Under the pieces are notes generated by a model that was given only the letters and a program-made list of their open reading frames with translations, was not told where the DNA came from and ran no database searches. Made by a program: the position numbers and the translations under genes. DNA of 64,000 nt from Phoronis australis (lineage: Eukaryota; Animalia; Phoronida), in assembly GCA_002633005.1 (NCBI GenBank), contig NMRA01000306.1, positions 353,866 to 417,865 on the forward strand. The letters are read 5' to 3'. Numbering within the stretch: the stretch's first letter is position 1; every line of letters starts with the position of its first letter. This document shows, in pieces, positions 24,326 through 36,987 of the stretch.

Positions 24326-24989
24326 TTAAATGCATTAGTTCTATTAAAGCAGCATTGCATTTTACTTCCTTGTTGTTTCTGGTGTTGGTCAATTTGTTTT
24401 TTGGTAAAGATTGTTCAATTTTAGACGAGTTTTGCATCCTGATATCGAAGGGTTGCTAAATTACAATACTTAAATATTACAGGTTGGCAGCTGTGCCATA
24501 AAAACCAAGTGAAGCTTGGTCCAAGATTTGTCATACCATTGATTTTTTATGAGAAATTTGACAAAATATAATTACACTTTTGTTGTGCTCTAATTTTAAA
24601 AATCTTTACAAATACCATTTTTGTGATAATACAAGAAACTTTTTGATGACTTTCATCATATTGTTTGGAAATCTCAGTGTGAAAATGCTGCAAGTCGATG
24701 GCTATGGCATTTGTCTAGTCCTGGTTCAGTAAAATAGTGACCTGACTGTGACAGAAAAGCAGAGCTGAAACTGACTTAATTGTATTTACATTAGTTACTC
24801 ACTCAATGGACGCTGATGAATAGACAGTCTTGGCTTAATGTTGGGATTTTAATGCTTCACTGCATTCAGTTTAGATAAGGAAGGCTTTGTCATGTAAAGT
24901 TGAAAATGGAACAGAACATGACACATTCCCGCCGTCCTAGAGGTTTCATCCCATCCACACGGAAGTCGTGTTACGCCTACTGAAGGTAC

Positions 24990-27900
24990 CCAACTTTATG
25001 AATGTCTCGCTGACGACGAGATAGGTAAAGACATGTGGAAGCAGCGTAGGAGAGTTTCCGTTCCTGAATCAAGCGGCAACACGAAGGCGTACTGTACGTT
25101 TGCCGGAAGGCAGCGCGCATGGCTTGCGTAGACAAGGATCCGGCGACCGATGAATACATTGAAACTTATGAAATACCTGTCTCAAATACCCACTGAGAAT
25201 CATCGAGGCCTGGGCCACTCGGCACTGGCATACGACGTGGCTAAGGACACTACTGAGAGAAAATATGATGGAATTCGTCGTCAAGTTAACCTGCACTTGG
25301 ACGATTTGGACCAGTTTCGACCGATCCGTCCCGGCGTTGCGAAAGATGTCGACAGATTGGCGGATGTGTTGGAAGTTCTGATTATAAACTTGAAGGAAAC
25401 CAGGCCAATTGAAGAACTTGGAAACGGGTCGCTATGCTTGAAGAAGATGATAGAAAGCATGGTTACCAACTACCACCGATAGATGTTCAAACATAATAGG
25501 CCAGAGTATGTTGAAATTCTTCGACAGTGGATCATCAAAGAAACTGAATTTGAGACAGTCACTTCAGAAACAATGCGAGGTTTAGCTCCAAAGCATACAG
25601 ATGCTTCGCACAGTTTCTTTGGAGAGACAGAGAAACAACATGACAGGAGATCCGTGAGGTTTGCAAGAAAGACAGACATTGCCTGTGCAAAACGTGTTAC
25701 AAGACACAGACTAAAGTTCGAATCTTGTTTGACGCGTCAGTAAAGCATGAAAGCGTGTGCTTGAACGACAAGATATACAAGGGGCCAAAATTGCAGTGAA
25801 ACTTGTTCGATATGCTGAACCGATTTCGTCAGTTACTAATTGCACCCGTCTGTGATACAGCAGAGATATACCTTCGCATCGGAATAACTGCTACCGATAG
25901 AACATACCACAGATTCCTGTGGAGAGATATTGACCAGTCGAAACCACCAATCGAATACCACTTTAACAGATTAGTCTTCAGACTCAACTCATGCCCATTC
26001 CAAGCTCCGTTTGTGTCGCAAAAGCATGAAAAAGACAACAATTATCGTTTCCAGCAAGCAACTGAGACAATCTTAGAGGCGACCTATGTGGACGATAGCT
26101 GAGATTCCACCAACACTGACGCAAAATGCATAGAGCAGTATCATCAACTGTCACAGTTAAGGGGTCTGCTGGAATGCGTGCCATTAAATGGCTTTCGAAC
26201 TCCGAGGAAGTCCTTAGAAAGATTCTGCCAGAAGATAGAGCTACAGAAGTAGATTTAGAAGAGGTAATCTCGCCGTCTATAAAGACATTAGACGTGACTT
26301 GAGTTGCTAATGAAGGTGTCTTCACATTAAAGGCAAACGCTCTTGATGACCAAAAGCCCTTGAATAAACGCGGCTTTCTTGCCAAGACAGTGTCCTTGTT
26401 TTACCCGATGAGATGTTTAGCACGCTTTGTGTTCAGAGCCAAAATATTATTGCAAGAAATTTGGAGGACAGGTATAGAATGGGACGATGAGTTGGAACAC
26501 TATCATGCTGTTAAGGCAATGAATTCGTTCAAAGAGTTGCACCGTCTGGATATTTCGGTGCCTTCGACTCAACTTTCAGGTCTTGTCAGTCTGTCGATGC
26601 TTCTTGAGATGCCTTTGGAGCGGCTGTTCATGCCAGGTATGGATACGTCAACGATCAGATGTGGACACGACTAGTACCAAGCAAGACCAGAGTAGCCCCC
26701 TTGTTGCCGTAGATCAGTGACAGGCTTGAGATTAGAACTGTCAGTTGCGGATGTATTAAAGAGTGACAGAAATCTATTGGTGTTTTTATGACAATGTGTA
26801 CGGTCTTTGGTGGATACGCGGCAGGAGATGAGTCTTCAAGCCTTTCATAGGGAATCGAGTAGGAGACGTTCAAACACCAGTAAGCCAAATCAGTGGCGTC
26901 ACGTGACGACTTTGAAGAATCCAGCAGATCTACCAACAAAAGGGATGTGCGTAAAAGATCTTCGGACATGTTCTTAGTTCTTGGAGCTGCAACAGTCAGA
27001 TTGGCCTGAGTCGAGGATTTCCCCGAGGCCAGAAGCAGTCATAGAAATTAGAAAGAGAGCTATGTCGAGAGTCCCTGGAGTCGATGACTCGAGAAGCAAC
27101 CACGTCATGATATCGGTTGTCGAAGATAGAACTTGGAGACATCAGCCCGATAGGTTTTCTTGTTGGCAAAGATCGGTGCGAGTTCGTGCGTGGATCCGTC
27201 GTTTTCTGAAAAACTGCCAGGTACCAGCGCAACTCAGATGTCAAGGAGAGTTGAGGACTCAAGATATTTCAGGAACAGAACTTAAAATCAGAGCTGAATC
27301 GCCACAATGAGTACAAAGCTTTTACTGTTAGGAAGCCTGTTTCGTCGAACAGTAAGCTCTTAAGCCTGAAGCCGATGTTGGATGATGATGGTATACTGCG
27401 ATCGAATGGTTCATGCTAAGTACTTAACCTATGATGCGAGATTTCCGGTCATACTTTCCAGGAAGTGCTGGACGATTTCGAATATTGTGAAGAATCATGG
27501 CGAGAAAGAGAATTATCAGGCAAGAACTAACCAGACACTGTCTTCGTTGTCGCCCCGCTTCCGGACAATGCAAGCCAGAGAAGAGATTCGTTAATGGGAA
27601 AGGGAATGTTATGGGTGTCGAAGATGGAATGCTATGTGTACCTCTCAGATCATAGCACCACTTCTGAAGATTCGACTGATGTTGCCACTGCGAGCCTTCG
27701 TGTGAATCACTGTTGATTATATAGGACCCTTCGTTACCAAGCAGGGAAGAGGCATACGAGGAACTAAGTGTAACTTATGCTTATTCACCTGCTTGCAGTT
27801 TAGACCTTTCAATTTGGATATGTCTTACAGTATGGATACCGACTCATTTTTGAACGCTTTCTTTTGTAAGGTGAATACAAGAGGTCGACCACTAGAAAAC

Positions 27901-28990
27901 TTGTCAGACAATTGAAGTAACTTCATTGGAGGCGAGCTAGAACTGAGAGAGCTTGTGAACAAACTAAACAAAGACGCCATTGATAGGTCAGTCGTCAAAA
28001 ACGGCATACGATGTCACTTCAACCCACCCTTGGCGCCGTACTTTGGAGGAGTGCATGAAACGATAATCAAGGCTGCGAAACGAGACACCTGTGCTACACT
28101 TTCGCATGCAGATACTTCAGAGGAAGAATTAGTAATAGCAATTACTGGATCTGAGGCATTGATCAACTCGCGGCAATTAACTTACCAGTCGCCTCATCTA
28201 TCAGGTGATGTCCCGTTGACGCTAAATCACGTTTTTGTGGTCAAGTTGGTGGTGAGCTCGCACCAAAATCAGTAGATGCTTAGACTTCAACTTAAAGCCT
28301 ATCTTCAACGATAACACCTGTAAATTTGGCTCGCACAGTATGTTAAGAATATCGCTCTGAGCCCAATACTGCCATAAATTGCCAAATGTAGCGAACTGTT
28401 AGGCGTATTGGCTTGCTTTTGTCCACGTGACCGCTAGAATCACAATTTAATTCAAACTGCTGCAACTAACATCATCACGCAATGGTGTTTTATTCAGACT
28501 CCTATTCAATATAATATTTTGTTGTTTGTGCTGGGATCTTGCGGTGACACAACATGACACAAAAAGGCAGCTTCACTTATCATTTGACGGGCTTAATTTT
28601 GCCCGGTCGATATGGCGTTTTCTTATTTTGATCAACCTTCGCTAGGACTATCTGGTTAGCCCAATACATCTAAAATAACAAAATTCCGTTGAAGTTAGGC
28701 TTTAAGAGTCAGGTTGAGACGAGTCCAAGAGTTAGAAGGCATTTTTGGAGTCGCTGGCTTCGAGAGTGTTTGGCAACACTGAATCGTAGAGCCAAGTGGC
28801 GGAATTCCCAAAAAGAAGTCACGGTAATCGACGTTGTTTTAGTTCTTCCGGATGCGACCAGAACACATTGGGTCCTGGGACGCGTCATCGAAGTCTACCC
28901 TGGAACAGACGGACAAGACCGGTCTTGAGAAGACGGTACATGTATTAGTCAGACCGATTACGAAGATCTGCCCTTTGGAGCTGAACTGTG
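24990..28990 (+). pseudogene. BEL/Pao gag-pol remnants (DUF1759 gag, RT, RNase H/peptidase A17, integrase)
   Basis: IGKDMWKQ..RVSVP, GLGHSALAYDVAK..ERKY, LNDKIYKGPKL, YHRFLWRD, TYVDD, KRGFLAKT..FRAKILLQEIW, SKTRVAP, VDYIGPF, FNPPLAPYFGGVHETIIKAAK, HFWSRWLRE, RPITKICPLE. Many stops and frameshifts; protease and RT N-terminus deleted near 25745. Confidence 0.95.
28296..28701. mobile_element. 406-bp Kolobok-type MITE inserted in the BEL integrase
   Basis: TTAA at 28292-28295 and 28702-28705; TIR AGCCTATCTTCAACG / CGTTGAAGTTAGGCT (14/15). Removing it rejoins DFNLRVRLRRVQEL..RHFWSRW. Confidence 0.92.
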
Positions 28991-29029
28991 AGCCACAGTC
29001 TTGAACTTTGTGTCGATGGGTTCCCCCAT

Positions 29030-29043
29030 GAAAAGAGGGAGAA
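29030..29043 (+). promoter_or_regulatory. Polypurine tract
   Basis: GAAAAGAGGGAGAA immediately before the TG start of the 3' LTR. Confidence 0.85.
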
Positions 29044-29322
29044 TGTTGTAAAGACTTTAAATAATATTTCTATTATTCCTGCCTAATCATTTTATTTCGT
29101 TTATTTCGATTTTATTAGTCTAGTTACCTAGTTAAGACAGTCTCCATCGCCTCACTGTACTTTGTTTCAGAAGTTTTCAGTGCTTCCTCTAGCGGCAGTA
29201 CACGTAGTAATGTCAGCCATATTAGATTGTGGTCGGACTGTTGTCGAAGACTGACTCGGAGAAAAATATTACGTAAGACTGCGAATCTTAGTTTTTAATT
29301 ATTTAAGGTCATCGTCCGACCA
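29044..29322 (+). repeat. 3' LTR (TG...CA, 279 bp)
   Basis: Starts TGTTG after the PPT, ends CGACCA, and is followed by the TSD GTTCA. Confidence 0.88.
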
Positions 29323-32300
29323 GTTCATGCGGGATTATAGAAGCAATGCCGCAAAGCGCTTAAAACGAGCCATTGACGCTGATAAGGCTTTCTTATACCA
29401 AAATGACAACTGCTTCAAGAGGCACAATCGTTGAACTTGAGGTAATAGCAGAGGCACGGGTTGAAGACTTGACTCCAAATGATAATACTTAGTTACCGAC
29501 AGAAACCAGACCGGTATCGAAGGAGCACATTTGTCAAAGTAGCTCCGAAATACAGTATCTCGTGATACACCGAGCTTTTAAAATATCCACGTTGGATGAG
29601 CACCATTCACTGTTCCAGCATCGGTGTTTGTAAACAACGAAAATGTAAAAAATATATAAAATGTGGCAGAAGAGCTTATGGAGGGGGTAAAATATTTGGA
29701 AAATGCAATCTTTCCCAAGTTAGGAGATCTTCAAAACGTTGAGGACATGATTACTGTAAAGTTCTTTCATCGTGACTTTTCTAGGCGTCAATTCATGAAT
29801 ACGTTTTTGGTAAAAGCATGTGTAAAGTTTGTATACGATATTTAAAAAAAATATTTCATAAGACAGTAGCGGTAATTGAGGCGCTCATTCGTAGTGGATA
29901 GTGTTAGAAGCATGTGCGGATAGAGTGACGTTGTACAGGTTTACCTTATAGTTTGTAATCGAGACGTAAAGTATATGCATATACCTTGAGTTATTTTTAA
30001 GATGCATTAGTCAGTTTGCTTCAAACCCTCGAAAAATGAGTCTGAGTTACTTCGAAAATAACGGTTGCCGATTTAACTGACCAGATCAAAAGCTTTTATT
30101 CAACGAGACAAACTGGAGAATCGCTTCATCAAGCAGCAGACGACGCACTGAATGATGAGTATTGCCATACGGTAGAAATCAACCAATCATGGGGAAAATT
30201 TTACACCAGCAACTGAATGGCCGACATTTTACTTCGTGCTACATGTACATGTATTTCACATCCCAAAATAGAACAAATACAAAATGGTGACGACGTTGGC
30301 GATGACAAGGAAGAAGTCTTACCAAATGGAGAAAGTCAGTGGTTTCATCAGCAGTACAGTAGCTATGTTTTGCCTTATTCTCCAGCACGCAATGACAAGA
30401 GCAAAAGTAATGGAACGTTTCGAGACCTCACTTCAACATGTACTCTCTGAATGTAACGGAGTGATTTTTGAATCACTGAGTATATTAAGTTTTAGACTTC
30501 TCAGCTCTTAGATTTCCAGCCCCACAGCGGCCATTTTGATCAAGCTCCTGGGTGATTTTTGAATTATGGATAAAATCAAATGGTCACTGTTTTCTGTTGG
30601 CGTCGTGTCAGTGAAAGAGTGACCTACATGTATATAGAGAGCTTGGACTGCCATATTCACAAGAACAAAGGGAATGATGTGTGTTGACACATTAAGATTG
30701 AAGACTGCATTGCAGTCCCTCTGGCTATGTTGTATAAATGTCACGTGCTGTTGATACGGCAGTCTCTTATGAATAATAGACAAAACAAACAATTAATTAA
30801 CTCCCACCAAAGAAAATTGGCAACGGCAACGGTCCACTGGTGTGTGATCTCTATAGGTTACTTCTGCGAGTATAGCCGTGATATTTGTAGTTCTATTTAT
30901 CAATGAATTGACATTTATAAAATATTCAGGCACGATAGCAAAGCATTCAATTTGCAGCTCTCTACAACATAAATAGTAAACAGGAAACAGTTACAAAATT
31001 ATGGACGGGTGGGCATTTGTATAACGAATTACTGCCGACCAATGTCCACCCACAGTGCAGTTTTTCATTTGAGTTTTAGAGATGATTCTTTTAAAGCACG
31101 AATCTTATCGGCGTGTAAGGTGCATAACATGCTGGAGGTGTCACGCGTTATTATCATCTTGGGGAAAATGTAACATGTACATGTAGTTGCTACGTCACAA
31201 GCCCTCCCGTTACGCAACTGTCTTCTTAATATCCGACCGTTTTCTGTTACACAGTAGATATAATGCTAAGAAACTTCCGTATTCACGGATTACAGTTTTA
31301 AATTTGTGTGCTGGGCCAGCTCTGAACATTTGAAGTGGGCGAAAAAATTTAACATCGCAGCCGTTGAATGCAATAAATATGATAAACGTTTTACATGACA
31401 CATGTAACCATCATCAGTTGCTAATAATACAATCACAAGTACTTGCTATTTGCTCTTGATTTATTGATACTTTTCTGGAATGAAGATGCACATGTCGAGG
31501 GTAACGTATATGTGAACAGTAGTTGGAGATCTTGAGTTGATTACATACTGTGCTAGCACATAACACTTAGCGGAGCTGCTAGAGTTGTGGTTGAACCAGA
31601 AATGAGGAATTATTTCACTCGCAGTCTTAACTGTAAGCTTATGGCAATAGAAAACGGCCATTTAATGAATCTCTTGGAATAAAATGGGGTGCGAAAATTC
31701 ATGAAAAATTACCTTTTGTTGGGATTAAGTTTTCCCTTGGTGTTCGGAAAAATTATTCAGTTCCGCTTAAGCAAAAATACCAGAACGAACTGCCAAGTTT
31801 ACCGTTATAGAAAATACATTCGACATAAACAATTTTGGTTACCGCAGCCTTTCAAACTTCGCTCCCATTGTTGCAATATGCACCCACGCCCAAACACCAT
31901 TACACATGTATCTCGTGTCCTGTCGAAAACGCTATATTTTCATTTACCAAAGGCTCAGTTGATCAAATTGTCACATTTCCAAATAAGGACAATGCATGTT
32001 TCCTATGTACCAAAACTGGCGAAGTGACGTGTTAGACAGATCGTATCTGAAAATTTGAAACGACGGGAAAAATAACTGTTACAGCATGGAAACTTTTATG
32101 AAGAAGCCTTACAGTAACTTTACCTGGTTTCATATGAAGCACCTGGCCTGCCTGTAAATAACTATTTACAGGTACGCCGGAACACAACTTTGTCCAAATT
32201 TTGCAAATCAACGCGTTACCTGTGGTAGTTGCTATCACATGGTGCTAACGAACGCAGAACGCAGAAAAAAAGGGGGAAGAGGAACTCGAGGGTATGTACC

Positions 32301-35300
32301 AAAATATCAACATTATTTTCAACACAAAACTTATTCTCCACGCCATTTTATCAAAAGTAGTGCACCTCTGCCGAAACCATAATGTGATAAAAGCTGAAAC
32401 ACATCAGGAAGCCGTTTTTTCAGAACTTACCTTTTTAACAGCGTACCTATTTAACTTGGGATTGTAAATTCTCGTGAGATCCAATTGAGGATTGATGCTT
32501 CGCAACATCTGCGACGGTAGAGCATTCCAAATTTCTTTGAAAACCCTTGGTCGAAAACCCGCTGTGCAGTGCCAGCGCTGTTTGGTCCATCAACTACATG
32601 CATGCCCTCTACAGGCAGCGTTGGTAAGCCTCGTGGGTTGCATATACCTGCCAATCGATAATCATTGCTAGCGGTCTGGCGATCAATTTTGAGTAAAAAC
32701 ATACTGAAATCCAAAAAGGCCAACAATTTCAGACTACTTGTCGAAAATCTTTGTATTTAGATAAACAGTAAATAAACGTGTTGATGTTCTTTAATCATTT
32801 ATCGTTAACAGCCACCGTCATGGTCGCAATTTTTTTGGTCAGGTGAGCTGTAATTTGCATATTTAGGAGAAGCAATTGAAGGGAAAAACTTTAAGTTCTG
32901 GCAGTGTATTTGTACCCATTTTATTATTCACAGTTAACTATTCCCATCCATATCGCGAATACATGTAGGATCATCGCCTACAGGCCCGATTGCTTTACCA
33001 TTAACTATCAGAGAAATAAGTTGAATGATAAAATTTTAAGCTGTTAAAACGACCAAACATTGATTAAGTGAAGCACACTTTCCATCAATTATTCAGTTAT
33101 GCTGGTGTTGACTACCTTGACGATGATTCAATTCGTCACGGAAATATGTCCAACACTCTGCATTGCTGAATGTGGTACGCTGATAGTTCTCAGCGGCAGA
33201 TGCACATCACAATGTAGTCAAAAACACCGGTGCCTGTTAGTTTTGGTAAATTTGTCTTGTACATTGCAATGTCTCTGAAAAATATACTATACAATGAACC
33301 TAACTTTTGTCAAAAGCACGTTTTATGTAGAGCACATTATGCTTTGGCGACTGTTAGATTTGAAGTGATTCGTCGACTTGGAAAGCATTGACAGGTCGTC
33401 ATCGCTGGCTGGGCCGCCTTTTAGCCTCGTTCGACACAGCCTACAGCGCTCGAAGGGTTTCGTGCAAGACGAACATACAAGTAAGTTCCTGGCTATTGAC
33501 TTCCTGATTTGAAAGATCACGCGAGTTGATTGTCAGATGGGTGTCGCATAAACCTTGAACTAACACCAGAGCAGAATATGAGTCGTGTTGCCGTTACACG
33601 GCGGTCATCTTGTTACGAGGGAACCAATCTATGGCCTTTCTTGCTAAGTTACCCCACGTCATATCTATGACCAATCATGAGCTAGATTAAATCGAAGCAG
33701 TCTGGTTCCTTTCTTTAGACTATGGCTAGGACCGTAATGGCTATCAATGCGTTCAGTTCTTATCATGAATATCTTCTGACAACTATTCCGTTACAATTTC
33801 AAATGTTTCCTGAACAAACTCTACAAACCCATTACAAAATGTTTAGCGAACGGCAATTGAATTTTCAATACAATTGTTTTCAGTCGCAAGCACAGACATT
33901 TCAAAGTGATCGTCTGACCCAAAGTGCTGCTTGATCACACGATGCTGCACGTGCGCAAGATTGACGATTGTTATAGAGGTGCTTTAATAGCCTCAGAAAC
34001 AAAGCAGTGATTATTTACATTTCACAAGGGTTTTGATGTCCGGACGTTTGGAGTTATTTTCTTTGACAAGTAAAATGGGATAGCATACCGAAAATAGTGA
34101 GAAAAAATTAGATCTGAAGCACTGGTATCCTTTAGGCCATAAAATGTGCTACTTCTTCCCTAAGTGTAGTAAACATATCATATCCATGAAGTTAAGACTA
34201 GTTAGAGGCCTATTAGATTATACATGTATGCCTATGTAGTACATGCATTTCCATGCCTTCACGACATGGATGTTTTTCTAACACACATGCGCAGCGAGGT
34301 AACGTGTTACTTCAACTGCTATGTAGTAATGACGAAATCAATATTGGAAATGTTTCGCACAAGGTCGCAACATCAGATTTCAACTAGATGGCCACCTTTA
34401 GTAAAAAAGTAGTATCTCGACACTACAGAATGCACAGAAATAATTCACATGCCAAACTATGTATTTTATCTTTGCTCTAATATGTTTTCATAGTATTGAG
34501 TGCCATTGTGAATTTCAAGATAGTTGCCCTAAAGTGTTGTATTTATAAATTCATTCCTTAAGATACGCGATTTAGGCATCAAACTATACCTAATCTCATA
34601 TAAAGAGAAATGAAAACTGTGCTAAATTAGGTAGAATTTTCACATTTTTCGGCCGCTATGATGGCCAGAAGTTTGGGACGATGTAGTCAACATCTTTTTG
34701 TGTATTCACGGTAGACTTTAGGCTTTCATCGATGTTTTTTTACAGATCGTAATGTCAACATTGTAGAAAGCTAACGTAACTAATAAATAACGAATTTAAA
34801 CATGTTAGGCCGCATGCAAATTGTTTGCTTTTTGGAAGACTACTCTTACATCATATTGCTTCTACCCCGTCGGCGAAAGTATCGGTTGTTTACTGACGTT
34901 CGTGCACTTAGAGTCAAGGTAAGGTTACGGCCCTGGTTGAAATATAGAGTTTTAAAAACATGATTCATGTTCCAAAATGTGCTTAAAACTACCAATTGCC
35001 TTGTTTTGACAATTGACTGTATAGTCAGTATCAGTAAACGTTTTTGTATAGCACAGTATATCACAATGGTGAATACAAAACTTCAAAATGAGAAAGTAGA
35101 AGAAACGCGACTCTAACGGAAAGGTTCGTAGCTCCACAGACGTGAGTGTGACGTATGATTGTTTCAGGTTTATACGAGCGTAGGACATAAGATCTGCGCT
35201 TCTCTGATGTCCCGCGAGAAAAGAAGAAGAGACCCTGCGTGCTCATAGAGGAAGTTATCACAACCACCACAAACGTAAAAAAACGTCATGCTTTCATCAT

Positions 35301-36987
35301 TACACGTGCACCGTAAACCGCGGGAAAAACAGCAGCAGTATCTGATGACTAAACACAACGGAGAATGACTAATGATATGATTGGTTGATTTTCGGTTCTA
35401 CTTAAGTACGTATCGACCAATAAATTCTCGTAACTTGAGAACATACCGCCAGGTGGTATTGGCGAGTGTTCCAATTTTACAGCTGGTCGACTGCATGAAA
35501 TTGGTGATATTATTGCACTTTTAACCAAAGCTTGAAAATCCATCAGCTCATCGTCGATGCACTTTTGGGAAACGGTTATTGTTGTGCCACGAGACTGACC
35601 TATTTTGGAATGACAGTCCCATGTTCGAATTTCACGGTTGTCCAGCTCTGACACAATAATTTTTATAGGAATTCCCCGACGCGTTTTTGGATCTTTTAGG
35701 GATTTGCATGTTCTTTTTCTTTATAGACGACAACTCGTGTTGTGTTAACGGAAGTTTTGAGATCAATTTCATAATAAAGGCCTAATTCCGTTTTGTTTCT
35801 ATCTAGCTTAGTTCAAGATTGCGAAATTCTGCTTTAAAATCAAATTTAAAAATTAATTTAGACTGGATTTTACTATGATACTTCAAACTGTAATAACGCT
35901 GACGTATGGTATACGGTATTTTCTGTAATGTCGGTGAATATGTATTGATACGTATTTAAATGATTACCTATTTGCCTAATTTTGTTATTTTTCCCGCATG
36001 ATGTTCTTCATAATATCGTGTTCTGAATGTGTGTTCCCTACGTTGAAAGTATTCGTAATGGAGTCAGAATTGAATTTGGACAGTTGCATAGGGTTGCACG
36101 CTTTGTACGTTGAAATTACAGAACCATCGCCACATACAACATGGAGAATGAACAGTAAACACACCGAACAAAGACTATTCAAGTTCAGCGTTTAGCGGAA
36201 TGTAGCATTGACTCCAACACGCGCTTTGTTGCGTGGTTTAAAACATTATCCTTCAATATGTTGCGGAGCCCGCAATTCCAGCAAACGTGTAGGCACTACT
36301 CTTTCAAGTTGCGTCCCGGACCATTTTTTCTTTTGGGCCACTTTGTTCTTTACATATAAGTTACATCTCGGAAAGAACCTACAAACTTCATTTGTGCTGT
36401 CCCTGTGAGACCAAGGTAATAATAACAACAAAGACAACGATGACGATGACGACGATGACAACGATTAAATTATGTTAAATTAAATGAAATAAGTATTTAC
36501 TGATTAAATTTACAAACATGGTTAAAAATAGACTTCTATATCATATTTACAATGAATTCCAGAAAGGACAAATGACTGAAACTAAGGGATGGACAGCTAT
36601 GTTGACAAAATCCCCTAGTATGTGATGAGTTTGTACCTGAAGTCATCATAACTACCACCCCCCTCTTCAGACCTGGTTCACTCGACTTTCTGTCTTTTGT
36701 TGGATTAGACACGACAGAGCATGGTTCCTCTAGCAGTAAGTTCTGATTTTAGTAAGGACCTAACTAGAATGAAGTGGTACATGTACGCGGGCACATCACG
36801 GTTATAACTGGGTTTTGCCTGGCAAAACACACATTAGTGGACTTGTCACCTTTTCTTCACTATGTCGAAGACTGTATGCACAGAATGACTTGTTTTAGTC
36901 ATTTAGCATTAAAAGTCCTACCGATGAGCACAGGAATTTTATTATCTTGTATTTTTCCTCCTTTTACAAAAAAGCAAGGAAGACTAA

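Larger units (their letters stand above)
21569..29322 (+). mobile_element. BEL/Pao LTR retrotransposon, both ends present, degenerate, with nested insertions
   Basis: Homologous LTRs 21569-21770 and 29044-29322; 5-bp TSD GTTCA at 21564-21568 and 29323-29327; PBS, PPT and gag/RT/RNaseH/integrase remnants in BEL order. Confidence 0.92.

Noticed and set aside
30290-30450. Integrase-like PYSPARN..MERF motif
   Set aside because: It needs a frameshift, the spacing to the upstream catalytic motif is wrong, and no other retroelement parts are nearby.
34807-35784. TAGGCC...GGCCTA bounded element
   Set aside because: The inverted match beyond 6 bp is too weak to call; kept only as a candidate footprint donor.
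35985-36182. Signal-peptide-like small ORF
   Set aside because: It starts at TTG rather than ATG and has no supporting exon structure or homology.
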